From NCBI GenBank assembly GCA_043228905.1, contig JBHGNT010000012.1, forward strand, positions 13,268,001 through 13,332,000: a stretch of DNA of 64,000 nt. Direction: 5' to 3'. How positions within the stretch are numbered: position 1 is the stretch's first letter; each line of letters opens with the position of its first letter. Positions 51,401 through 64,000 of the stretch are shown here, piece after piece. The position numbers and the translations under genes were made by a program. The notes beneath the pieces were generated by a model. That model ran no database searches and was not told the DNA's origin. It worked only from the letters and a program-made list of their open reading frames with translations. This DNA is from Azolla caroliniana. Taxonomy: Eukaryota; Plantae; Polypodiophyta.

Positions 51401-54400
51401 CACAAGCGGATGCACTTTAAGCACTATCAAACACATTTGAATTCTCTTAACATTTTCTGATGTATACAAGCCTCTGTTTGATTAGATTTGTTCGATATTG
51501 TTTTGGTAGACCTACAATAAAAGGAGAATATTAATGGATTTAATTCTCACGTGCTGTTTTTTATTTTTACAAATTTAGGATGAAAGATTTCTTAGATAGT
51601 AATCATGGAGCCCATATCAACTCAACCCATGGTCAGACAGATAATGTATCACTCAACAAAACCTTAAATTCTCTATTTGGGGGATCAAATATTCAATATC
51701 CTCTATCAGCTGAATTGGAGAAGAAGGTAGAGCTATGTAAATCATAAGTACACCAAACAAAAAGATTAGAACATGCATCTCTTTATATATCTGACTGATA
51801 CTTGATGCTGTTTATATCGCTTTTGCAGATAGAGCGACTTCACTTGCTTTTGACAATAAGAGAGTCTGCTATGGATGTTCCAACCAATGTTGAGGCAAGA
51901 CGGCGCATTGCATTTTTCACAAACTCAATGTTTATGGATATGCCTCCACCTCCTAAGATTCGGAACATGCTCTCCTTCAGGTCTCTTTTATTCCTAAGAA
52001 ACTTCCGTTGGTTGTAACAGTGCATGACTAGCCATATTGTGATTCCTTTCCAGTGTTCTCACACCTTACTATACTGAGGAGATATTATATACAAGGAAGG
52101 CACTGGAAGAGGAAAATGAGGATGGTGTGTCAATTCTTTATTATCTTCAAAAGATTTATCCAGGTTAGTCTACTTTTGCATTTGCTAGAAATATTTGTTC
52201 CTTTGGTAATATTTTTTTATTTAATACCAAACATGTGATCTCTATTCTATTTTTTATATGTCATGTGATCTCTAATCACTAGGCCTTTTTGCAATGTGCA
52301 TGGCCTGCTTGTCTATAAGTTTGCTATATAAGTATCCTGCTTGACGTGTGCCTAAATTTATCTTTAGTCTCTCCCCTAAGATGACTTTTCATCTTCAATC
52401 GCTTGGCTGAAAATAATCATTTTCTTCTACTATTCCTATTTTACTACATGATTTTGCCATTGGGGCAGTAGTAATAACATTGATGATGAGAAATAATATA
52501 GAATCTTGAAGTGAAGATTCATGATGACACAAGGTTTGCAATTTTTAACGTTTAACTGCTGATATACAGCATGATGACTATTTTCTGGTATGCATTTACA
52601 TCATGATTATGATTACTCAAGATTACATGGCGCCACTACATTGTTCTATGATCAATAGTGATTTGAGTGTCTGCATTCCAAGACTTAGCGATGAGATGAA
52701 ATTATTTTCGTGTGCGAAAATTCCTCATTAGTGGTAAAGGCCTCACTCTTTGTTCAGTTACAACCATATGTTTAACATGTCTTCCCTTGTCTCATTACGG
52801 TGACCAGACATATCTAGATGCTCTTCCATCTATGAAGGCCCTTTTTATATTCTGTTATTTGTGTTCTGTAGGATAAAAGGGCAGCCATCCCCACTTGATG
52901 CTATATGAAAAAGAGCTAGTGTAATCCTGATATCCTAGAACTGCTGTTTGAACCGAGGTTCTGTGAACTGGAATATTTTCTGAGGCTACAGTCACCCTTA
53001 ATCTGCCTACATTTTGTTTTTCCTTTGCTGTGGTGATTATATATTAAATAGTAAGAAGCTAATGTGAATGATTCTGACATCATCAATGTAAATTCTGTTG
53101 TTTGTCAGATGATTGGAGAAATTTCATGGAGCGGAATGGTTGCACAGAGTCAAATGTGGGTGATACTGAGATTTTTAATGCAGTTCGGCAATGGGCCTCG
53201 TATCGTGCACAATCCCTTACAAGGACAGGTTTGGAAATGTTTTGGTGTTTTGTAGTATAACAACGAACAATCACAGGAACCTTTGTCTGTTTACTATAGT
53301 AGGTTTGCGAGAGGGCTTGAATAGCTGACTTTTTAGTGTTCATCCTTTGGTAGAGACTTCAAATACACAACTTTATACTCCTCAATCAGATAGCCCTTTG
53401 AAATACACAACTTTATACTCCTCAATCAGATAGCCCTTCAAATACACAACTTTATACTCCTCAATCAGATAACCCTTTGAAATGTTTGATAGTTTTAGTA
53501 TACTCTAGATAAGGTTTTTGTTTTAAAAATGTAACGCTGGATAATTTGTTGTATATATATTCCAGTGTTTGCTGAGGCTAGACTATGATTTAGTTGGCTT
53601 CCACTCTTCTAGAAAACTACATCTGGTTTCTAATAAATTTGTCTAGTAGAACTCACTGCTAACTGAGTAGCGTATACACCATGTTTGTCTAATTATTGCT
53701 ATGCAGATGCTCAGTGAAACAAACTCTGATTTCCTAGCAGAACATTCCTTGCATAAAAATTATAACATACACATTATTATGCTGTCATGATGTATTTAAT
53801 TAGTCTACATTCACCTCCTGATTGTTGAAGTATTACTGTAATTACATGCAGACTAGAGAAATATCTCATTTCTGATGAAAGATTTGTTGTACAGATACTA
53901 TGACATATATAGGCTAGCTCAGTTTATGAAAAATGATTCCCCTAATCTTTATCTGTTTTTCAGTAAGGGGTATGATGTACTACAGAAGAGCTCTTAAGCT
54001 ACAGGCATTTTTTGACACGGCAAAACCCTCAGGTGAGTTCTACGTTTGCTTACTACTCATTTGATTATATAAGGAATGGTCTTATAGGTATTCTTCATGA
54101 TCAATCATCAGAAATAATGCAAGGATATAATGAGACACTCAAGGCTTCTTCCATTGAAAAAAGTCAACAGACACTTTCTTTAAACATTGAAGCAGTGGCA
54201 GACATGAAGTTTACATATGTTGTTACTTGTCAAAACTATGGCGTTCAGAAACGCACCCAGGATCCTCGTGCTAATGATATATTTAATCTGATGAAAGAGT
54301 GAGTGCTATAGTTTGTGTCCTCATTGTACTTAGGAACACATCAGCGTTTTCTCAAATTGACATGTGCATCGGAATTTCATTCGATTCTCATTACAGCAAT

Positions 54401-57400
54401 CCATCTCTCCGGGTAGCGTACATTGATGAGGTGGGAGAAGGAAATCACAAGGAGTATTATTCGAAACTTGTGAAAGTTATCGTTGATAAAGATAATGATA
54501 AAAATGCAACTGAGCAGGTACACTTAAATTTTTATTCATTCTAAATGTGGAATTCATGCTGATTTCGTTAGGTTTTAATTAATATTTCCTAATCCAGGAA
54601 ATCTATAATATTAAGCTCCCTGGAAACCCCATCATTGGTGAGGGAAAACCAGAAAACCAGAATCATGCAATTATTTTCACACGAGGTGAGGCATTGCAGG
54701 CGATTGATATGAACCAGGTATGTATGGTAATGAAATTTTATTTCAGCTGGGTATGCATTGCTTTCATAGAACTTTTAGGCGAATTGTTTTCATAGGATAA
54801 CTATTTGGAGGAAGCACTGAAGATGAGGAACCTCCTGCAAGAGTTCTTATTTGATGATGGAGTGAGATTGCCATCTATACTTGGAATGCGTGAACATATT
54901 TTTACTGGAAGGTGAATCAAAGACTCTGAGAATTTATTGCATGTGCAGAAACTCATACTTAGTTGGAATGTTTAATACGACAATTATCAATTTTTAAATT
55001 CCTGGAACTAATAAAGTAAAATTAAATCCAAATACCTCTTCTCTGAAGGTATGCCATCGTGTTTAAAGCTTGGATTTAATTTGCCTTCAAATACACAACT
55101 TTATACTCCTCAATCAGATAGCCCTTTGAAATGTTTGATAGTTTTAGTATACTTTAAAGTTGTCTGAAATAGAGTTATGTAGTTTTATATAATGGCTCCA
55201 CATTGTGACAATTTGCCAATATTATAACGTGGAGAAAATCTGCCTACGATGAGATGTTGTGGGGCTGATCCACAGATTTGTGTGCATATCTTCCTATCTT
55301 GATTTCTAATTGATGTGAACGGAGCATGTGGGCAGATATTATCTGTTAACACTTGTGCTTTTCTCCATAAGGACATGCTCACACGAATTGAGCGTGGCTC
55401 TCAACATTATCCATATATAAGGGCTGGTAATAAATGCTTCTTGCGGCATGTGTAAAAAGAGCGTCTTGTGGGCTTCCTACCTACAGAAGTTGTGGGGTTA
55501 ATCTATGCTCTTTCATTGTCCAATTTAATGATTTCTGTTTAGAACACCTATCCAGTTCAGTCATATTCAAGTGTGGATAATGCAAGCTATACTGGACTTA
55601 TGCCATGCGGCTAGAACCATTCTTGCTTTTCAGCATATCAATGGACAATCCAAGCTATATTCAAATGAGGGTGTAGTGTTTTTATACTTATGCCATGTAA
55701 CTAGAACCATTCTTGCTTTTCAGTATGCCAACACGGATTATATCTATGTTCAGCAAGCCATTTTGAGGACATAAGTTTAGTGCCTTTGCTTAGGGACCTC
55801 CAAATCTCTTGCATACCAGTCAATGATCAGAATAGTGCCATGGGCTGCTCTTTATCTCTGGTTGCATTATGCACTGTGAGCAATCATCAAGACTAAATGC
55901 CTCTCCAGATTTAGTGGACACCAAATTACTCTGTAGGTAGAAAGAAAAAAAGTATGAATGTGTTTTAAGAGGCCAAAATGGCCAATAAGACCAAACAAGA
56001 GATTACATCTTAAAATGTTGTCTCATGTTTGAGAACAGGAAACCAAAATTAATGTAACTAAGTAAAAAAGTAAATAGAAATAGAATTAAGACATGACTAA
56101 CGAATCTCATTATCTATATATGTAAGATTCTCAAGTCAAATCTATTGTCCTGTTTGTCTTCGAAAAATCTCTAGCACTGGTCTATCCAGAATGGAAAGGT
56201 CTCCGAAGCGAGGGAAGGGCCTGTAACGGCAGGAGATAATGGCCTTTATCTGTTGATGACAAGGGTGGAGAGATTGTGGAGAGAAGAATTTGCATTAAAC
56301 AAACACAATTTAGTTCATGGATCTTGGAATTGTATATGTGCACATTATCTCTCAAGGGTATCAAGGGCTACATTCTCATAGTGAGAACCAAGCCCCAAGA
56401 AATCTCCTGTTACCATGTACAAGCAACCTCCTTTTATGTCTTGGATTGTGTGTTTATTCCTAAGAAGCTACCGGTTCAGATCTCGCTATCCATGGTCGAG
56501 TGGTTTTAAACACCATCACTTTGGTTTTATCGTTTGACTCACATAGTGCATAGATTCCCATTGCATATCTATTGCTGCTAGTTGCTGCATGAACCAAGCA
56601 CATGGAACAATGCTGGAGGCATTCCCCAAATCCACAAAACATAGTGCATAGATTCCCATTGCATATCTATTGAAACTCCAAGGACTTCTAGTCACTGCAT
56701 GAGCCAAGCATGTAGAAAAGTGTTGGAGGCATTCCTCCAATCCACGAAGGATGGGCGAAACTAACTAGCTGTTGGGCTAGCTGTTATAACTTTTAAACAT
56801 TCTCAACGCTCCCCCTCAAGATGGGTGAAAAATATGCACTAAGCCCATCTTGTCACACAATCTAGTAAGACTTATTGGCCCAAGTCCCTTTGTAAGACAA
56901 TCTACTACTTGATGTTCAGTAGAAACATGAATCAATTTTAATATTCCATTATCAAGTTTTTCCTTGATAAAGAACCTGTCGATTTCGATGTGTTTGGTCC
57001 TATCGTGCTGTACCGGATTGTTGGCAATGCTGATTGCTGACTTATTGTCACACCACAACATCATCTGATTTTCTTGATTTACTTTTAGTTCTACTAGGAG
57101 AGTTCGCAGCCATAACATCTCCGCAACTCCTATAGCAATAGCTCTATACTCTGCTTCGGCTGTTGACCTTGCTACTATTGACTGTTTCTTACTCTTCCAA
57201 GAGACCAGATTGCCTCCAACAAACATGCAATATCCTGATGTGGATTTCCTGTCATCAGCACAACTGGCCCAATCAGAATCACAATTGCCCTCAATGTTAA
57301 AATGACCATGTTTTCTGAAGATTAATCCCTTCCCTGGGGCACCTTTGAGATATCTCAGAATATGGTACACTGCATCCATATGATCTTTCCTCGGATCATG

Positions 57401-60400
57401 CATGTAGCGACTTACCACACTTACTGCAAATGAGATATCTGGACGGGTGGGGGTCAAATAAATCAGCCGACCTACCAATCTTTGATACCTTTCACGATCC
57501 ACTTTCTCTCCTGCAAGTTCAGTTAGCTTGATCTTTTGGTCGATTGGAGAAGCTACATGCCTACATCCCAACATTCCAGTTTCTTTGAGAAGATCTAGTA
57601 CATATTTCCGCTGAGATAGAACAACTCCTTCTGCTCCACGAGCTACCTCAATTCCAAGAAAGTATCGTAGCAATCCTAGATCCTTCACCTCAAACTCTTT
57701 ACCCAATTGCATCTTCAGTTGAGCAATTTCTCCTTCATCGTTACCCGTGATAATTATATCATACATACGCAGCAAGCAATGTAGTATGCTCCTCGTGTTG
57801 TCGAAAGAACACTGTATGGTCTGCATTCGTCTGTTGGTATCCCATACCCACCATAGCCCTTCTTAACCTGTCGAACCAGGCTTGAGGAGATTGCTTCAGT
57901 CCATAAAGTGACTTCCTAAGTTTGCAAACCTTACCTATTGTTTGAATTGTACCGAAACCTGGGGGAACATCCATGTACACTTCCTCCATCAACTCTCCAT
58001 GAAGGAATGCATTTCTTACATCTAATTGATGTAATTTCCAATCCTTATTCACTGCTAAGGAAATAAGTCTTTTAACAGTGCTCATCTTCGCCACAGGTGC
58101 AAAAGTCTCGTAGTCAATGCCATATGTCTGACTATATCCTTTAGCCACCAATCGTGCCTTGTATCGATCTATTTTCCCCTCTAGGGTTTGTTTTATTGTA
58201 AACACCCATTTGCACCCAACCGCCTTCTTTCCTGGTGGTAGTGACACAATCTCCCAAGTTTTGTTCTTCTCAAGAGCTCCGAGTTCTTCTTGCATGGCTG
58301 CTTTCCATTTTGCATCTTCTTTAGCAACCTGTCAACACTTGGGTAAAGTGACAGAGTCTAATGATGCAATGAATGCTCTATGTGTTGCTGATATGTTAGA
58401 ATAAGAGATAAACTGAGCAATATCATAAGGAAACCCATAATGATTAGGAGGGACTCCTGCATTACTTTGAGGGATCCTCCTAATCTCTTAGGAGAAGGAG
58501 AGGAAATCATATCACCTGTGATTTCTGGGTTTGGGAGTTCTGTAGGTATTTTAGAAGTCGAGGCAGGTCGGGACATGGAACTTGATGGCACATGTGGCAC
58601 TGAAGATGTGTTCATATTTCCTTCTTTCTGCCTCCTCTTCCTTGTATACACCTTTAGCTCCCCCTCAGCTTGAGTCCCAACACATATAGGCTCCTCGTCT
58701 TCGTTTCCTTCTGCTTCCGTACCTCCTACGCTCACTTGTTTCTCAGCTGATGTAGGGATCAGTAAAGGAATTGATCCTATTTTTAGCAACCTGTCACGAT
58801 TATCTCCTTCCCTCATATTTTCAGTCTCAATTAAGTCATCAAAGGGTGAAGTTACCCCTTGTTTATAATATGGCTCTACCTCTCTGAAATGCACATCCAT
58901 GCTCACAAATAATCTCTTCTCTACTGGCCTCCAGCAAACATAGCCTTTTTGTGTGGCAGAGTATCCCACAAATACACATTTTACAGCTTTAGGATCAAGT
59001 TTTCCTACAGATGGTCTACTGTCCTTTACAAAACACACATATCCAAACATTTTCAAAGGAAGGATTCTAGAGTTATTGCCTTGCAACAACTCACATGGAG
59101 ACTTCCACTCCAATACTCTAGAGGGCATTCTATTGATCAATGTGGCAGCTGTCAAAATTGCCTGTCCCCACAACTGCTTTGGGACATTCATAGAGATCAT
59201 CATGCTTCTCGTTACCTCCAGAAGATGTCCATTCTTCCTCTCTGCTACTCCATTTTGTTCTGGTGTATATGGGCATGTAGTTTGATGTTGTATTCCTTGA
59301 TTTGAGAGGTATTCCTTAAATGTCATGTTAGCATACTCTGTTCCATTATCAGACCTCAACACTTTTACTACTGCACGATATCGAGTTTTACTTGCTCTAT
59401 GAAAATCTTTAAAACAAGCAAATACTAAATTCTTTTTCCTCATCAAATATAACCAAGTCACATGAGAGAAGCAATCAATGAAAGAGACAAAATATCGATA
59501 TCCATTAATAGAACTTGTGGAACATGGTGCCCAAACATCGGGGTGTATTACATCAAATGCACGGGAACTCCTATGACCTGAACTAGCATATGAGCTTTTA
59601 GTAAGCTTACCAATTTCAGAAAGGTGTGGATACACCCGACTCAAAACGCCATAAGAGGTATGTCCCATACGTTGGTGGTAAAGTGTCAACAACTCCTCAT
59701 AACTCATTTTAGATCCCCTTACATCCTATTCCCTCTACCATAGATGCTAATGCTGAATCCAGCCCTTCACGATCCAAATACCATAGTCCACTATGCCATG
59801 TGCCAGTCCCAAGTCTCCGACCTGTCCCTTTCTCCTAGAATATCACCTTGGGAATATCAAAAGAAACAACACATTTTAGTTGGTGTATGATAGAACTTAT
59901 GGATAATAAGTTTACTGGGAAAGGAGCATGCAACACATTAGACAACGTCACAGAGTCGGTACATTTTACTGTACCTATACCCCCTACAGGTTGTGTTGTA
60001 CCGTCAGCAATTTGAATGCTTTTTGGCATTGATAAGTGAGTATACAAGGAGAATTCACTAGCCTAGATGCACCAGAATCAATTATCCATTCTGGTGCAGA
60101 GGCAAGAGTACTTGTGTTGCTAGTACTTGTGGCCGAATAAGCATAGGTGGCAGTGTTACCTCTTGACATGAATGAAGTATCATTTGCGGCTCTTTGCTTC
60201 CTCCTAAGTATTTCTAAGAGAGCTTGATCCTCTTTGGTGAACACCACCTTAGTTCCTTCCTCTTCTTTTGCTACCATCAAGTTTGCATGGTAACCTTGTC
60301 TTGCACCTCTTCGCCCATCTTGAGGGGGAGTGTTGAGAATGTTTAAAAGTTATAACGGCTAGCCCAACGGCTAGTTAGTTTCAACAGCTAGGTAGCCCAA

Positions 60401-63400
60401 TGGCCAGATCTTGGCCTTTATAAAGAGGGACTTTCTCCTCATGTAAATAGAAGAGATCTCTGTATTTTTCTCCCTCCTACCTATGTATATTACTGAACAA
60501 ATGTGCTTTCTCATATTTCTTTACCTCATCAAGTGTGGGAATTTCAGCCTTGGCTAGAAGAACTGCCCTTCTTTGATCAAACGGCAGGTTGAGATGTTTC
60601 AAAAATTGCATGGTTCTTCTTTGAGCAGAAATTTCCTTGCTCTTACATTGAGGATGATTGCACATTGTCACAGGCGAGAAATGATTGTATTCTGCCCATA
60701 GACACTCCAGCTCTATGGCATATTCCTGAATCATCCTATCTCCCTGCCAAACAACATCTATCACTTGCTCAATTTGAAATACTCTCATGTTGTTTCCCCT
60801 CCCAGCATGTCTTTTGCAATTTCTCCCATATCTCCTTCACACTTCAAATTCCATCAACTGTTGTGGCGATTGATGGAATCATGGAGTTGAGAAGCCACGT
60901 GTACAAAGACATGTGGGTAGCTCTCCATGCTTTCCATTCATTGCTCGTTATGACAGGAGGTTCTTTCTCTTCTCCCGTTAGGTAGCCGTCAAGGTTTCTC
61001 CCTGTCAAGGCACCTATAATCCGACACAACTAGCTCAAGTATGTGGCTGGTCCATCGAGTTTGAACTCAACTGGGAGGAGTTCAAGTCGGGGTGGTGGTT
61101 GTGTTCCTGTCACACCTCTAGATGCTACAATCTCAGCCTGCTTCATGTATTTCACCAATGTTTTCACCTCATCCCAAATAAATTGGTATTTAGCATGTCC
61201 AGTTGTTTTCTAAGCATATACATCCATTTGGCAGCCATCCTCACATTAAAGTATAGATTTGCATGATCTGTCATCACGCCAACAGGTTTACTAGAGGTAG
61301 TGAAATATGTTATGACGGGTTGAAGGAATTGAGATCCCATCAAGAGAGGGATAAGATCAGCATAGTGGCGTCCACAATATTCTTGAAATTTAAAAGTAAC
61401 ATTGATATGGCTCTAGAAACTCCATACCTTCACGCAAGCATACCTGAACCTTCATGTAGATGTGGATAAATCACAAACGTTGAATCCCTGGAGAATGCAC
61501 TGAACTTATAGATGCCTTATGCAAGAATAGATAGGTACTTGATAAACAATGCTAAGTCTCAGGAAATCAATAAATTATGCATATGAATGTTCCTCTATGA
61601 CACATTGCTAAAAGAATAACATTTCTAACATCTAAATATTCATAATCTGTGATTTGACATTTTTGCATTGTGCAGTGTCTCTTCTCTTGCAGGGTTTATG
61701 TCAAATCAGGAGTCTAGTTTTGTAACCATAGGCCAGCGAGTTTTGGCAAATCCACTCAGGTATTTCACTATGCATGACTTCTCTATATGTTTCTGAGCAT
61801 GGTGTCCTGTATCTGATAATTTTATAGTCGTTGAAACAGGGTGCGTTTCCATTATGGGCATCCGGATGTTTTTGAAAGGCTTTTTCACATTAGTAGAGGT
61901 GGCATCAGCAAAGCTTCCAAAGGTGTTAACCTGAGTGAGGATATCTTTGCAGGTAGTGAAAACCACACAATGTGCCTTTCTAGTACGGCTTGCAGCTCAT
62001 AGACATTGCTTTTAAAATTTATGACCACATATTCAGGATTTAATACCACTTTGCGCCGTGGTCTTGTTACACACCACGAATACATACAAGTTGGAAAAGG
62101 AAGGGATGTGGGCCTGAATCAGATAAGCCTGTTTGAAGCCAAAATTGCGAATGGAAATGGTGAACAGACAATGAGTAGAGATGTGTATCGCCTTGGTCAT
62201 CGAATGGATTTCTTCAGGATGTTGTCTGTTTATTTCACAACTGTTGGGTTTTACTTCAACACTCTTGTGAGGAGATACTCTTGATTCTTTAATTTTTCTT
62301 TCTTTCCTCAGGGATTTTATGTTTATTTTGTTTCTGCACTTATGTTTGGCTTTAAGTTTTTTACTTGATTGCAGATTGTCGTACTTACTGTGTATGTATT
62401 CCTCTATGGGAGAATTTATCTTGCCCTTAGTGGTCTAGAAGCTAGCATGTACCACTACGCAGGCCTAGAAGATAATTCTTCTCTGCAGGCTGCCTTGGCA
62501 TCTCAATCATTTGTCCAGATTGGACTGTTAATGGCTCTTCCCATGGTGATAGAGATTGGACTCGAGCAAGGATTCCGTAAGGCCCTCAGTGAACTTATCA
62601 TAATGCAACTGCAACTTGCGTCAGTTTTTTTCACTTTTTCAATGGGTACAAAAGTTCACTTCTATGGGCGAACATTGCTTCATGGAGGTGCAAAATATAG
62701 GTCTACTGGACGTGGATTTGTCGTATTCCATGCTAAGTTTGCTGAAAATTACCGTCTCTACTCACGTAGCCATTTCACAAAAGGACTTGAGCTACTAATA
62801 CTTCTGATAGTGTATAATATATATGGAGTTACAGTGCATAAGACAGTTCCCTACCTACTCATTACATTCTCACTGTGGTTCCTAGTAGGGACATGGCTGT
62901 ATTCACCTTTCTTGTTTAATCCATCAGGATTTGAATGGCAAAAAATTGTTGATGATTGGGATGATTGGAACAAGTGGGTGAGCAATCGTGGTGGGATTGG
63001 GGTTCCATCAGACAAGAGTTGGGAGTCATGGTGGGATGAAGAACAAACTCATCTCAGTACTTCTGGGCTAAGGGGTCAAATTATCGAAATACTGCTGTCA
63101 ACGAGGTTCCTCTTATATCAGTATGGCCTTGTCTACCATCTAAACATTGCGCATGGCAACAAGAGTATTCTGGTGAGTCCAAACATCCATATGTTACATG
63201 TCAGATTAAAGGTTCCAGGTTGGAGCATTACGATTAATTAATATAAATATCCCAACTGCAGGTGTATGCTTTATCGTGGCTGGTCATTGTGTTTTTGTTG
63301 GCTTTGTTCAAGGTAAATTAGCAAATAACTATGTCATTCTTATAATGGAGCTCAATAACTTTTGATTAACATTGTAGTAACTACTGACTGCCAGGTGGTC

Positions 63401-63910
63401 TCTGAGGGAAGACGTCGGTTTAGTGCGGAATTTCAGCTTTTTTTCCGGCTCCTCAAGGGAGGGCTATTTCTTGCGGCTGTAGCAATTTTGATTGTCCTCT
63501 TTACAGTGGGGCAGCTTATAATTGCGGATTTATTGATCAGTCTGATTGCATTCCTCCCATCTGGCTGGGCAATTATTCAGGTAAACTAGTATTAATGATC
63601 TGTGGATGTGGATCTATTTCCTAGTAAAAATACTGCCTGAAAATTGAGCTTTGTGATGCCCTTCCTTTTGCAGATTTCTCAGGCATGTAGGCCAGTGGTG
63701 AGTAAGGCTGGTTTGTGGGAGTCTGTAAAAGCGCTGGCCCGAGGCTATGAGTACCTGATGGGCCTTGTATTATTCATGCCCATAGCTATACTGGCATGGT
63801 TCCCCTTCATTTCTGATTTTCAAACGCGACTGCTATTCAACCAGGCATTCAGTAGAGGATTGCAGATCTCACGTATCCTGGCTGGTAGAAAGGACAAGAA
63901 ATCCAATTGA
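39490..63910 (+). CDS. CalS: Callose synthase (1,3-beta-glucan synthase, GT48; CalS/GSL family), ~40 coding exons
   Basis: GT-AG exons encode [132 protein letters not shown] and [15 protein letters not shown]. Example exons: 39490-39670, 39883-39983, 40079-40203, 49577-49887, 54796-54911, 61676-61759, 62375-63172, 63674-63910. No disabling stop noticed, but not every exon phase was verified. Confidence 0.96.
41272..41497. repeat. Intronic direct repeat, two ~94-bp copies 132 bp apart
   Basis: TATTCTTGTGATTAAACAA...GGGATAATTAGCATT at 41272 and 41404. Confidence 0.85.
43110..43400 (-). mobile_element. Dispersed repeat, probably a LINE 3' end; second copy at ~55940-56275
   Basis: Shared blocks TAAGACCAAACAAGAGATTACAT, TGTAAGATTCTCA and GGAGATAATGGCCTTTAT..GATGACAAGGGTGG in two different introns. 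Confidence 0.6.
48850..49555 (-). mobile_element. LINE ORF1-like remnant in a CalS intron
   Basis: Coiled-coil-like start ([17 protein letters not shown]) then ORF 48905..49270 with R..VVGW.E...WRLGR...VRF, the pattern of RRM-type LINE ORF1 proteins. Confidence 0.6.
53358..53505. repeat. Three tandem ~40-bp units; one more unit with the same flank at ~55085-55152
   Basis: AAATACACAACTTTATACTCCTCAATCAGATAGCCCTT repeated. Confidence 0.9.
56420..56750 (-). mobile_element. Degenerate RTE-like LINE RT remnant with internal ~98-bp tandem duplication
   Basis: Reads VD..NAS....AW.MQ.L...IDMQW/GIYAL twice, resembling the remnant at ~10900 (DMVWAIYALYE). Confidence 0.6.
56757..61180 (-). mobile_element. 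Degenerate Ty1/copia C3 (Ale-like) in the 6.8-kb CalS intron 54912-61675
   Basis: gag ([17 protein letters not shown]), [46 protein letters not shown]; several frameshifts; PPT and partial LTR at 56757-56817; no 5' LTR or PBS found. Confidence 0.9.
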
Positions 63911-64000
63911 GTAATGAGGGCTGCATTTAATGATATGTGTTTTTGGACAATCCTCGCATTAAGGGTAACAACATTCACATCAATCAGCTAAGCTCTGAGC

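Noticed and set aside
56757-61180. Horizontal transfer of C3 from another plant lineage
   Set aside because: Cannot be assessed without database comparison; nothing in the sequence alone supports it.

Overview
Eukaryotic land-plant nuclear DNA (a seed-free plant such as a fern is only my guess) in two halves. Bases 1-37260 are a deeply nested, rearranged retrotransposon cluster. It holds at least six pieces of one chromodomain-type Ty3/gypsy family (G1, ~455-bp LTR), one near-intact young Ty1/copia (C1, 1683-7008, 613-bp LTRs, CATGT target-site duplication), a second broken copia (C2), a non-chromovirus gypsy (G2), a LINE remnant, tRNA/SINE-like repeats and an unclassified minisatellite-bearing insertion. 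Bases ~38300-63910 hold a complete multi-exon callose synthase (CalS/GSL) gene of about 40 coding exons, with LINE remnants and a rearranged Ale-like copia (C3) in its introns. The three most interesting signals are: (1) a circularly permuted G1 copy (pol-PPT-LTR-TTA-LTR-PBS-gag) that looks like a re-integrated 2-LTR circle; (2) a conserved array of five RNA-style hairpins at 55-62 nt spacing in the G1 5' leader; (3) G1 copies with non-canonical TG...TA LTR ends, a shared integrase stop codon and many microhomology/templated-filler junctions. All coordinates and mismatch counts were read by eye; no database searches were run.
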